Positions 25,951 through 37,844 of a stretch of 47,178 nucleotides of DNA are shown here, piece after piece. Position numbers and translations under genes: made by a program. The DNA lies in NCBI RefSeq assembly GCF_004010195.1, contig NC_057718.1, forward strand, positions 28,268,061 through 28,315,238. Reading direction: 5' to 3'. Each line of letters begins with the position of its first letter. The stretch's first letter is position 1. This stretch comes from Chiloscyllium plagiosum. Lineage: Eukaryota. The notes under the pieces are model-generated. The model was not told the DNA's origin. It saw nothing but the letters and a program-made list of their open reading frames with translations, and did not search any database.

Positions 25951-26514
25951 TAAGTGGGTGCCATTCATTCAGGTACAGGAAAAGGAGCAGGAAATTAAAA
26001 CTATCACAATAACTTCACAATTTTATAATTTAGAAACATGTTATATATCAGGTAGAAGAGATACAAACCGCAATCCAAATCATTACAGGAACACAGAGTA
26101 CAGGATTTTTGGATTTGGATTTTTCAGTAAAATTTGTATAAGAGAATAATAGGTACAGAGGCAACAAGTTTGACAAAGTGACAAGAAGCAGGGAAGTAGT
26201 AAACATTTGCTAACTGCACAGGAAGGAGCTGAACAGAGGGTTCCAGACAGGCAGGTACAATGACACTGTTTCTATTATCTTATTTATGATCAAGACCTTG
26301 GTATACAAGACACAATCACAAACTTTGCCGGTAACACAAAACTTGAAATAATTGTGGATTGTAAGGGAAAATACGATAGATATCAAGAGGATATAATTAG
26401 GTTGATGGAATGGACTAGTCAGTGGCAGATTAGATTTAATGCAAGGAGGTGCAAAACAATTCATTTTTGGGGGACAAATAAGGAGAGGAAATATAAAATA
26501 CAGAGAGCAATTTG

Positions 26515-27719
26515 AATCACTGCAGTATGGAAGCGGGCCATTCAACCCATCTCGAAAGAGGATCCCTCCTTTACCTTATAACCCTGCATTTCCCATGGCT
26601 AAACAATACATTCCTGGACACTATGGACAATTTAACGTGGCCAATCCACCCTAACCTGCACATAAAGTCAGAGAGTCATAGAGATGCACAGCACGGAAAC
26701 AGACCCTTCGGTCCAACCTGTCCATGCCGATGAGATATCCCAACCCAATCTAGTCACACCAGCCAGCACCTGGCCCATATCCTCCAAACCCTTCCTATTC
26801 ATATACCCATCCAGATGCCTTTTAAATGTTGCAGTTATACTAGCTTCCATCACTTCCTTTGGCAGCTCATTCCATACACGTACCATCCTTTGCATGAAAA
26901 GGTTGCCTCTTAGGTCTCTTTTATATCTTTCCCATCTCACCCTAAACCTATGGTCTCTAGTTCTGGACTCCACCACACCAGGGAAAAGACTTTGTCTATT
27001 TATCCTATCCATGCCCGTGATGATTTTATAAGCATCTATAAGGTCATCCCTCAGCCTCTGATGCTCCAGGGAAAACAACCCCAGCCTTTTCAACCTTTCC
27101 CTTTACAAGGATGATGTAAATCTTTTCTGAACCCTTTCAAGTTTCACAACATCTTTCTGATAGGAAGGAGACCAGAATTGCATGTAATATTCCAACAGTG
27201 GCCTAATCAATGTCCTGTAAGGCCACAACATGACCTCCCAACTCCTATACTCAATACTCTGACCAATAAAGGAAAGCATACCAAACACCTTCTTCGCTAT
27301 CCGATCTACCTGCAACTCTACTTTCAAGGAGCTATGAACCTGCACTTCAAGGTCTCTCTGTTCAGCAACATTCCTGAGGACCTTACCTGCTAAGATTTCT
27401 TTACCAAAATGCAGCACCTCGCATTTATCTAAATTAAACTTCATCTGCCACTTCTCAGCCCATCTGCTCAAGATCCCATTGTAATCTGAGGTAACCTTCT
27501 TCGCTGTCCAATACACTTCCAATTTTAGTGTCATTTACGAACTTACTAACTATACTCACTTATGCTCACATCCAAATCATTTATATAAATGACAAAAAGT
27601 AGAAGAAACTGGAGTACATGGAGGAATTCCACACAGACATGAGCTGAATGTATAAATTCCACACAGACAGTCAATGGAATTGAACCCAAGTCCCTAATCA
27701 CTGAGCCACCATGCTACCC
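26515..27719 (-). mobile_element. Degenerate HE1 SINE split by a younger CR1
   Basis: SINE 3' half at 26515-26662 and 5' half at 27603-27719. Confidence 0.65.
26666..27600 (-). mobile_element. Younger CR1 LINE 3' fragment
   Basis: ORFs WAEKWQMKFNLDKCEVLHFG, LIRPLLEYYMQFWSP, LFSLEHQRLRDDLI. AGAGTCAT tail. Confidence 0.9.
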
Positions 27720-28185
27720 AAATTCTGCAGGGTATGAAGGAACAAAGACAACAGGAAGTAAACACGCACAATTTGTTGAAAATGTCAATACAGATTGAGA
27801 AAATGGTTTAGAGTGTCCCTATCTCTGAGCCAGGAGGCCTGGGTCCAAGATCCATCTGCTCCAGAGGGGTGCAATAACATTGCTGAGCAGATTAATTGGA
27901 AAATATCTCCTGATATCAAATAGAGGTATACAAAAACATGAAAGTAATGATGCAGCTTTATAAATCATTGATTCAACCTTAGTTGAAGTATTGTGTCCAG
28001 TTCTGGCCACTGCAATTTTAGGAAGGAAGTGAAATGCAGGGGGATATGCAGGGTTTATGAGAATGGTACCAGAGACAACGGATTTTTGACATACAGTTAG
28101 ACTGGAGAAGTTGGGTTTCAAATTGAAAAAAAAACTAAGAGGACATTTGATGCAGGTGCTCATGAGGGGTCTAGACCAAGTAGAC

Positions 28186-28897
28186 TGGTATGAAGATGTG
28201 GGTGTACTGTACCTTTAAGAAAGCTAAAAGCTAGTAGAACTACCTGACAGAACCATGTGTTCTCAACAAGATACAATGTATCATGTGGTCCAGAAGTTAG
28301 GGTAGCTGGTTGCCTGGAGACAAAAACAGATTTGAATTAGGCCAGTCAGTTTATATTATACCCCAAAAAATACCAAACTCCACTCGAGTTTAAATTTAGT
28401 AGATTGACAATCTTAAAAGCCAATGACACAATCCAATGATTTGGGGATATAAGACCGGGGAAAATTGAACGGTTGGGAGGAGAATTGCCAAGCCACCAGC
28501 ATGTAAAGACTGTCTGAAAAATAGTTCTCTTAAAGATACCTTTATTGATCAGTAACCTGTGAAGTAGAACCCTCAAAAAGAAGAAAAGAAGATAGGAATA
28601 CAGAGAAAACTGAAAGCTGCCTGATTTTGAGATAAGAAGTTTTGTTTTGTAAATCTTATTCGGGAGTTTTATCGGATTAGTATTATAGAAGGGAAGGTAA
28701 AAAAAATAGGTTAGGGGAAGGAGTTGCAAATAGTTGTTAATTAATTATTCTCTTTTATACTTTAAGAAATAAAGTTGTCAATTTTTACTTTAAGTAGTTC
28801 CTGGTCTCTTGAATTTTCAGAGATTACTGCATGGGATGAACCTCTTCTGCGTTTCTGGTTTAAATTAAGCAGGATGGGTTACTCCCATGTTGTAACA
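28186..28897 (+). mobile_element. Solo LTR
   Basis: TG(G)TATGAAG...TGTAACA termini, TSD AGAC/AGGC, internal AATAAA. Related to 8899-9677. Confidence 0.75.
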
Positions 28898-31800
28898 AGG
28901 CAGAAAAAAAAATTGCTTCCATTGCTGAAAGGGTCAAGAAACAGAGCACACTGATTAAAGCAATTGGCAAAAGAACTGATGGAGACATGAAGAAAAATGC
29001 ATTTACAATATGATTAGTTGGGATCTGAAATGAACTGCCTGTAAGGACAAAGGAAGCATTTTTAAATGTGGCTTTTTGAAAGAAAATTGTATAAGCAACT
29101 AAAAGGGAAATATTAGAGGGTAGTTGCAAAAGGGTAGGGAATGAAAATCAGCTTGAAAGCACCTTTTACGTAATGAAATGTCCCAGACAGCAAAAGCTGA
29201 CCCTAAGCCACGCAAGGCAATACCAGGTCACCAATAGTTTGTCATGGTATAAAAGGTTGTCTTAAAGAGGGAAAAGAGGTGGAGAGGCAGGGACATTTAG
29301 GAAGGCAATTTGAGATCATAGAGGTTGTCGGCTGGAGGCATGACCTTCACCAATGATGGGTCAACTAAACTTTTGAGATGCTCAAAATGTCTGATGTCGA
29401 GAGTGTGAATGTCTCAAGGGGTGGTACAGCTGGTCAAGATGACAAAAGTACTGCAAGGATATGCCATTGACTGGTTTGCATGAGATGAGAATTTTAAAAT
29501 TGTCTTACCCAGGGCCTAAACTAGGTCTGTGAAAACAAGGATGATGGGTGATTAATGCAAATATGGATACAGATAGAAATTTGGATTATTTCAAGTTGAT
29601 AAGGGGTAGAATGTGGTAGATCAGGCAGGGGTGCATTGGAATTGTCAAATTTTGATGTGGTAAAGGCAGCTGAGCTGAGCTGAGGTGGAACTAGGCAATG
29701 GCATGGAAGTGAAATAACTGGCATTGGCTTTAGGCTGATGAGTCATTAAAATGCAGAGTTTACAGATGGTGTATCACAAATACAATATCTTAAGGTTACT
29801 TGATTGTATTGTAACCTTGAAACCCATTATCAGGTAAAGACAATTCTATAAGCAGTGTAATTCGGTGACCATAACACCATCGCAAGATTCAGATGATGAA
29901 ATTTATGTGCCAAGTTTATTGTACATTCTGAGCATCACCAGTCAATTAGAAATACAAGAGGGAAATTCTGACCAATTCTGAATGGATTCAGCAAGAAAAC
30001 CTCATCATGGGTCTCTAAACTAAGATCATAATTTCTGGCCTCAAATTATGAAACAGGTACACAATTAGGCCAGCAGTGTAAGTTTAATTCCTGATGTTAC
30101 CATGAAGGACTGTCCTGCTCTATGTCTCCCCATACCTGAGGTGATTCTCAGGTTAAACCATCACCAATCATTTCTCATCAATGAGAGAGAAGCCCTATGG
30201 TCTAATTGGACTATGGTGACTTTACCTTTACCTATAACATACAATAAAAGTAATATATAATTTAAGTATAATATAATTTAAATAACCCAATATAAAAATA
30301 AAAAATGCTACAAATACTCAGCAGGTCTGGCAGCATCTATGAAGAGGGTTATGGAATTAATGTTTCAGACCCATTCCTTCCATAGGAATATTTTGCCTTT
30401 GTTTTATTTATTTTAAAAATATTATAACCAATGAATTTCAAATGGCAAACAGCAACACGGAGCTAACATATCTAAGTTATATTGTTGGTCACATCTCATA
30501 CTCTGGTCAATGAAAATCAATTGCACTATTAGCTTTCTACTAGCACTTTGGAGCAATGTCAACCACATTTCAAAAATCTTGAAGCATTTAAAAATCTGCC
30601 TTGTCTGTTCAATGCTGTCATGAGTTCTTCCAATGTCACACTGAGCCTGGGTTGTTCTGCACTCAGTCTCCACTGTGCCCCCATTGAGCTACTCCAGTAC
30701 TATTCTGAGGTTATGTCATACTATATCGATTTCACATGGTGTCATACAAAACCTTCATGGTCCCATATTGCAGTTTCATGGGATCATACTGAGACTGCAT
30801 AATATCATACTGAGTCTGTGTGTGGAGCCAGATTGAATGTACCCAGTGATGTTCTTTTTTTGATCCTTGGCTACGATGATCAAATGCCTGCTCCAAATGA
30901 TATTATTAAACCATAATACACCTACTGACCCTGTTAGAGTCTCTAAATGCATAGTGTCCTATATGCAAGACAATATTAAATATCATATGCTTCATTGGAC
31001 TGTGCAAACTGCATTTTTATCATTTCAAGAAAAATCTCAAATATAAATTTACAGCAGCAAATTCAAAAATGAATTTTATTAAACTGTATTGTGACAAATT
31101 TAATACTATGGTAAAAATTGATGTGAAAATCTGGCTGATGTTTTAATTATAACTTATAGTTTTAGAAATAAATATAAAATGTAGGATAAATAGAAGTTCT
31201 TGATAATAATGCTAATCTAAAAATAATTCAAACAGTTTTGGAGATTGTTCATCTTGCCAGGTCATGGGCAGAGTTGGGAAAGCAATAAACAACATATGGA
31301 GTCTTCTTTCTCAATTTTTAGAGTCCATTATTACAATAAAAAGGTTCAATTATGAATGTCCATTTTGGGAAAGGAAGTTGAATGCAGCTTTGTAAACATG
31401 AAGCTTCTTTATGGACACCTGAAGTCTGGAAAAGGGGTGATAAGATTATTAGTAATAAAAATTATTAGTATGAGTTACAGAATCAAAGCATAGCATGGGA
31501 GATAGAATACTTTACTTGGATTTTGCTTACAAACATCCCAAATTATGCCATCTTGTCACAGAGATGGACTGTGGCTGTGGAGGTATCTTTTGTTTAACGT
31601 ATCTGTGTGCAATTGCTAACAGAAGCAAGCAGTTCAGTTTAGGGGACAGGCAGAGATGTTGGAGCTTTGCTTTGGTATTGGATGTATCTCACCAGATTGA
31701 GAGAGCCGACACAATCTTTCTTTCTGGCCTGCCCTCAAAGCAAACAAAATGCTAACTTCATTGCTTAGCATGTGGATGGTGGGGCTGTATGTCAGTTTTT

Positions 31801-32679
31801 ATTGTAGTGAGGGATACAATTTACAGTGGTCCCCACAGAGCCTTGTGGCCACAAGGTCAGAAGAACTCGACTTGGAAAGATGTGGCAAGCCAATTAGAAA
31901 TTAACCAGCATCCCAAACCAGGAACATAGCCCCACAGAGGTGAAATCTGTAAAGAAAAGGCAGAGAGTGGTATAGTCACACGGCAAATGGAATTCCAGAG
32001 AATTGTGGCACGTCTTTGGATTATCCTGGATAAGTGAATGAATTTTTAAGGATCTGTAAAATTGGGAACTACTGAGAGGAAGAGAAAGGTAGTTTACTGT
32101 ATAAGTCTTAAATTCATGGCACTTGCCTTCTCTCGTCTTTATAGGCAATAAAGTTATTTTTGCTTAAAAGCATGAAATTTTGTTCATTAATTGCTTGGTG
32201 CTCAGATTTCTTCATTAAACGTCGTGGGGTTTCTAACAAGATGGTAACACAATCGCATAAAATGTCAGACAATGAAAATGAAATCAAATAGATCAATGCA
32301 CTGGAGCTAACTTTTAACACATTTCACCAAATGGGATATTTCCTTGCACTTTCTAACGAGGGACACCAAAAGAGTTTTTTCCTTGACTGGTTTCCCTCTC
32401 TCATCCGAGTGATGGAAAATGGCAACGAGAGAAATGGTTGCATCTAATTTCAACCAGTGAAGAATCTTTAACTCTCTGACGTTCTGTCGGGTTTGCAGGC
32501 CCCATGGTCAGAAATCTCTGCTGTAAGCCAGACCTGGGGTTTGATCTGAAACGAGACAGGGTTCTAACTCCACTCTGGCTCCACATCAGATTCAGTACAA
32601 CTCTCGTGTCAAATCTGTGAGATTATCTAACGGCCTGAGAGTGTCGAAGGGAGATAGAGTTCATTGAAATGCTGGAATG

Positions 32680-32780
32680 ATTGGGTGGGAGCTGCTGGGC
32701 ATGGTTTGCCAAAGCGGTGGGCGGGGAGCTCGCTGTGTATATATATAAATGGAACCATGGGGGGTCTCAGACTGCAGCGT
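32680..32780 (+). promoter_or_regulatory. Candidate Pol II core promoter (inverted CCAAT, GC box, TATA)
   Basis: ATTGG 32680-32684, GGGCGGGG 32719-32726 and TATATAAA 32742-32749 in canonical order, at the start of a CpG-rich zone. Confidence 0.45.
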
Positions 32781-33960
32781 GCAGTGATGAGCAATACAGA
32801 CAGCTCAGCTATCTAGCAACATGAGGCAATCCTCTGCAAATGACCGGGAAAAGAAACAATGCTTGGCAATGAAATTTCGACCATTGGAAAATTTACAGGA
32901 ACTGTGTCAGAGATTTTTTTTTGACAGAGTTGAGCGCTTTTTTTAAATAGTAAAACAAAACCCAGCATATTGCTTGGAATAAAACACGTGCATCAGACGA
33001 ACAGTGAAACGCAAGGAGCTTTTCAGTAGATCGTCAGCAAGCTGAACCGAGCGAGCATCTTGTGGTAGCACTGGCCCTCTGGCTAGCTTACTGTGAAAGC
33101 GGGTACACCATGCCAACCAGCAACTGCTTCTATTGACAGCGTTGAGTCCAAACTCAGATTGCCAGGTCCGAATGTGAGAATATCCCAGGTAGGTCTGACT
33201 GGGATCAGACAGCTGTGTAGGGGTCGGGGTGGGGGGTTTGGTGAAGAGGGAACAAGTATCATCAACAAGAAATGATTTTCCTTCCCAGTAAACGAAAAAC
33301 GCGGTACAAATAATGAACACGAAAGGAATTGGGTTTTGATTCCAAACCTTCTCGCTAGCCAGTAAATATCCGCGAGATGAGCATAAAGTATTTCCATTTT
33401 TAATGTGCAAAGCCTTGCTAACTCCTGAAATCCAACTTCCCAGAGGAAACTAAACATCCTTTCAACCCCCCCCCCCCCCCCCCCGCAATTTCTACCACTT
33501 AGATTATTCTGTTTTATGGTTTAAATGTCAACCTAAGATTGATCACTCAATAACAAAACATCGATCGCAAGGATTTCAGTACCCGCTGTATTTTTGGCTG
33601 TTTTTTTTTCCAAATAAAATGTTATTTAACTTGGGATCTGTCACGTTGGGATCTAATCCTAAAGCCGACCCTCCGCTGTAGCCCATGTCCCGGGCGACGC
33701 TGCTCAGTGGAGCCGCAGCAATGCGTCTCTCTCTCTCTCTCTCTCTGTGGGTTCATGGTGGCTGGGCAAGGGAATAGAAATGGGCGAAAACAGTGTGATC
33801 CCTTTTTCCCTGTGACATAAGGCCTGCGGGAAGCGGGAGACCGGGAAACGCAAGGTCTCTCAGGAAGTCATGCTGTTAAGATTGATGCAGATGGTAGGAA
33901 AAATCATCAGTGTTTAATCTGTGACTTTACCACTGAATGTTAGTCACCCTAGCACTGGGA

Positions 33961-34049
33961 GAAGAAGGGCTTATGCCCGAAACGTCGATTCTCCTGTTCC
34001 CTGGATGCTGCCTGACCTGCTGCGCTTTTCCAGCAACACATTTCCAGCT
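33961..34049 (+). mobile_element. 89-bp PLE pLTR insert with a 5'-truncated hammerhead
   Basis: Perfect 12-bp TSD CTAGCACTGGGA (33949-33960, 34050-34061). Begins GAAGAaGGGCttatGCCCGAAAcgTC. Confidence 0.88.
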
Positions 34050-34330
34050 CTAGCACTGGGAACCAGGGAAACTTCCAGCTTGTTGCTTTCGGTGCCCATC
34101 TCAAACACTTCATGTGCCCAGAGCGTCTGATGGAGGTGGAGTTCGTCTGAGATGTGGGGAGAGGGATCACAGCATCTCTGGTCTCCACAGCTCGCCGTCG
34201 ACTCTCAAGTCAATTTTGGATCTTGCCAATTCCTCCTCTCTCTCTGTCCGCGCTGAGGGCGGGGAAAGCTCTTTAAAACAAAACGCCGAGAGGAGTGATG
34301 TGGAACTTGCTGAGGCTTTGGAGCCCGGGT

Positions 34331-34351
34331 GGCTCTGTCCGTGGTGCTGAA
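34331..34351 (-). promoter_or_regulatory. RE1/NRSE (REST-binding silencer) site 1
   Basis: Minus strand TTCAGCACCACGGACAGAGCC versus consensus TTCAGCACCACGGACAGCGCC (20/21). Confidence 0.88.
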
Positions 34352-34408
34352 ATGAAAGTTATGGTGCTGGGGCAAGGGCCGTGTGTCCCCGGGTCCCTGT
34401 CCTGCTGA

Positions 34409-34429
34409 TTCTCTGTCCATGGTGCTGAA
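34409..34429 (-). promoter_or_regulatory. RE1/NRSE site 2
   Basis: Minus strand TTCAGCACCATGGACAGAGAA. Both half-sites intact with the canonical 2-bp spacer. Confidence 0.8.
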
Positions 34430-35290
34430 ATGAAAGCTGTGGTTGCTATTGCAGGGAACGGGGTCTGCCTCTCAGTTGCTCTAATTTTCGCTCGTTCTCT
34501 CTCCTTCTCTTTCAGACGGTCCACATTTCCAAACAAAGGTGGGAGGAGCGGCTTTCATTCAGGAATGGGCTGCACAAGACCTTCGAGGGGGGCAGTGCCT
34601 CACACTCCAAGCCAATGTGCCATCCTCCTTATTCCAGTCTGCTCTTGACTCTGACAATATGAAACCTCGTTAACAACTGGGTGTGAAAAAAAAACACAAT
34701 CGCGCTCGGCACTTGCTGTAGAAGATCGAGTCGCTGACTGGCAACTGGAAAGGGGGGGGGGGGGTGCAGTGCGGACAGAGAGAGAGGAGGAATTGGCAAG
34801 ATCCAAAATTGACTTGAGAGTCGACGGCGAGCTGTGGAGACCAGAGATGCTGTGCCTCAGAGAGTGAACAGAAATGCTGCGGCGGTCTGATGTGGCTCTG
34901 CACCAATGTTGGAAACTTCAACAGACGAGGAGAAGAGAAAATCCCGCACATTTCCAGCTCGTTTTGTTTTATTGTTGTAGGAGAACAAGAAGAAATGTTG
35001 GAGAAAGGAATTGCCCCACCTGTCAGAGAGCTGTTGAATTTGGGGTAAAGTGCTGGCTCTCATTTCCAGGGCAGTACTGGAGGGGGGTATCAGGGGTCTA
35101 TCACCCAGCTGGTGGCTGCTGCTGCCAGGTTGGTAGTGGGGGCAAAGGGCTGGGATTTACTGGTTGAAGTTTGCCCCCTAACCACCCCCCAGCAACCCCC
35201 ACGCCGTCGCAGCCAGCAGCTGAAAGTTAGGTTGATGAGTGCTGGGGCGTTGAGTGCCTCTGGCACAGGGAACCTGCTGCCACTTGGCTG

Positions 35291-35624
35291 ATGATGGGCA
35301 GTGCCCGGGGCTGCGCTCTACTGCACCTCAACGAAGACAACGTGCGCTTCGCGCTGCTCGCCGCCCTCATCGTGGCTTACCTGGTGTGCGGGGCCGCCGT
35401 CTTCTCGGCCATCGAGCGGCCCACCGAACTGCAGGCTCGGGCCAAGTGGAACCGGACCCTCCGCCACTTCGCCGACAAGTTCGACATTGCCGCCGGGGAG
35501 CTGAGCGCCTTCCTGCGGGAGTACGAGGCGGCGATCGCCGCTGGGATCCACGCTGACACCCTGAGACCCAGGTGGGACTTCACCGGGGCCTTCTACTTCG
35601 TAGGGACGGTGGTGTCCACCATCG
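35291..35624 (+). CDS. KCNK12: First coding exon of a THIK-subfamily two-pore-domain K+ channel, most like KCNK12 (THIK-2)
   Basis: HLNEDN.RF.LL...GAAVFSAIE...YEAAIAAGIHADTLRPRWDFTGAFYFVGTVVSTIG covers M1, cap and P1. Phase-1 donor G|GTAAGT at 35624/35625 splits the filter glycine. The cap residues (W..TL..F, EAAIAAG..AD.LRPRW) favour KCNK12 over KCNK13. Confidence 0.88.
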
Positions 35625-35859
35625 GTAAGTGACCGCTTCAACCTGCCCAGAGAGTGAGAGAGAGTGAGAGTGAGGGCTCGGGGGTTGAGTCCGCACCGTC
35701 TGACTGTCTGAACTGCCTGTAACTGGAAGCAATGGGCGAGGTTAAACAGTGGGGCTTGCCACTGGACCCTTACTAGAGTCAGCCTCTTGCTGCCCACTCA
35801 GTCCAAATGGGAATTTCTAAGACCCAGTTGCTCAGACTTACATACTAACTTGCCAAAGA

Positions 35860-36925
35860 GGATCAGGAGTAGACCACTCGGCCCCTCTAGCCTATTCCAC
35901 CTTTCAATAAGATCATAACTGATCTCTACTCCACATTGCCTGCTGACCGCCAGTAACATTTCATCCCTTTGCTTATCAGAAAATTGTCTACTCTCCTTTA
36001 AATGTGTTGCACGAATGTAGTCAATTCCATGACCATACGTGGGAAGAAAAATCTCCTTGTTTCTGTCTTAAACAACTAACCTCTGATTTTGAAGTGTGTC
36101 CACCTCCCCCCCCCCCCCCTTCCACAAGAGCAAACTTCATTTCCTCAACTACCCTGTCAATCTCTCTCTGAAACGTCTATGCTTGTCAAGTCACATCTTA
36201 CCCTTGTAAACTCCAGCAGATACAAGCCCAGTCTGTCCAATCTTTCCCTATAAGACAGCCCACCCTCCCCAGAGCGTAGTTTAATGATCCTTCTCTGACC
36301 TGCTTCCAATGTATTTACATTCATGCTTAAAAATGGGATCAGTCTTGTATACAGTACTCCAGAAGTGGCCTCACTTTCCCTCTCCCTATTTTTGTTTTGC
36401 ATTCAATTGCCACACCATAAATAATTCTGTTTGTTAACTTCTCAGACTACTGGCAGCACCTTTTGCAATTCAAACACTAGGACACCCAGAGCATTCTGCA
36501 TCCCAGAGCTCTGCAAATCTCTCACCATTTTGATGATAGGCTTCATTTTTATTCTTCCTGCCAAAACTGACAATTTTACATTGTCCAACATTGTACTCCA
36601 TTAGCCAGACCTTTGCTCACTTACTTAACCCAGCTATAACCCTTTGGAGCCTCTTATGTCCTCTTCACAACTTAGTCCCCTAGTTATCCTTGTATCATCA
36701 GCAAATTTAACAACTATAACTTCCATCCCTTCATCCAAGACATTTATATATTTTGCAAAAGGTTAAAGTCCCACTGCTGATCCCTGTAGCACACCACTCA
36801 TAGCAACGTGCCAGCGAGAAAGGGACTCGTTTGCGCCCAATCTATGCTTCCTATTAGCTAGCCAATGTTTTATCAATGTGAATATGATACCCTCTGCACC
36901 ATTAACTTTTATTTTTTGCAATAAC
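35860..36925 (-). mobile_element. Old CR1 LINE fragment (intron 1)
   Basis: LSYRERLDRLGLY, SGVLQGS and a FADDT-like motif on the minus strand. Confidence 0.7.
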
Positions 36926-37186
36926 CTGAGCTTATGTGTATGAGCATTTGTGGCATTCAAATGCTTAAATGAGGTTATTATATAAATAGTGTCTGCTTGG
37001 TTGTGCAAATGTGAGCTCAATATGTGCCTGTGGAGTGTATATTTGTGCATATAAGTTGATTTGAATCCAATTACTCGTGTTTTTGGCAATGTACATTTGA
37101 GTGTGAATGAGTCTAAGTGTGGAAAAGAATGCATATGTATTTGTGAGTATGTATATGGTTATGGCAAATTCTCACTGAATGCTGAG

Positions 37187-37765
37187 TTATAGAGTCATGG
37201 TCATAGAGCACAAAATAGAGTCTTTGCTCCAACTTATCCATGATGACAAAGTTTCCCAAGCTAAACTAATCCTATCTGCCTGCATTTGACCCAAACCCCT
37301 TTAAAACTTTCCCATTCATGTAACAGTTCAAATGTCTTTTAAATGTTGTAACTGAACCTGCAACTAATACTTTCTCTAGCAGTTTATTCCACACACAAAC
37401 CATCCTATGTGTGAAAATTTTGTCCCTCAGGTTCCTTTTAAATCTTTCTCTTCTCACCTTAAAATTATGCAATCTAGTTTTGAACTCTCTTAACCCTAGG
37501 GAAAAGACTTTTGCTGTTCACTTTACCTATGGTTCTCATTGTTTTATAAAACTCTACAAGGTCACTCTTCAACCTCCTATGCTCCAATGAAAAAAGTCCC
37601 AGCCTATTTTTCTGCATCCTCTCCAGTTTAATAATATCCTTGCAAAAGCAGGATTACCAGAACTGTACAAATACTCTAAAAGTGGCCTTACCAGTGCCCT
37701 GTACATTCACAACATGACATTCCAACTTGTATACTCAATGGTATGAGCAATGAAGGCAAGTGTGT
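37187..37765 (-). mobile_element. CR1 LINE 3' fragment
   Basis: FKVRRERFKRNLR...RMVCVWNKL. Homologous to 26666-27300. Confidence 0.8.
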
Positions 37766-37844
37766 CATACATTTAAAGTTTTTGATCCACCTTAAATCAG
37801 GGGCAGACAAACTGAGGAACACTGTACCTAGTTAATTAGTGGCT

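Larger units (their letters stand above)
26150..29130 (+). mobile_element. Old CR1 LINE RT/3' region, split by nested insertions
   Basis: FADDTK-like (tttgccggtaacacaaaac), W...WQ..FN, YCVQFW and 3' UTR pieces at 26150-26500, 27720-28185 and 28898-29130. Confidence 0.6.
34168..34854. repeat. Perfect 84-bp inverted repeat with a 519-bp spacer
   Basis: 34168-34251 is the exact reverse complement of 34771-34854. It extends inward to 88 bp with 1 mismatch. Confidence 0.97.
32400..35700. promoter_or_regulatory. CpG-enriched (island-like) 5' region of the channel gene
   Basis: CpG is visibly frequent here compared with the CpG-depleted flanks (not computed). Confidence 0.6.

Noticed and set aside
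34168..34854. IR read as the TIRs of a DNA transposon or MITE
   Set aside because: No TSD, no recognisable superfamily terminus and no transposase. Not fully excluded without a copy-number search.
35291..35624. KCNK13 assignment
   Set aside because: Cap residues fit KCNK12 better. Some uncertainty remains.
35254..35797. Overlapping alternative-frame and antisense ORFs
   Set aside because: Shadows of the GC-rich channel exon.
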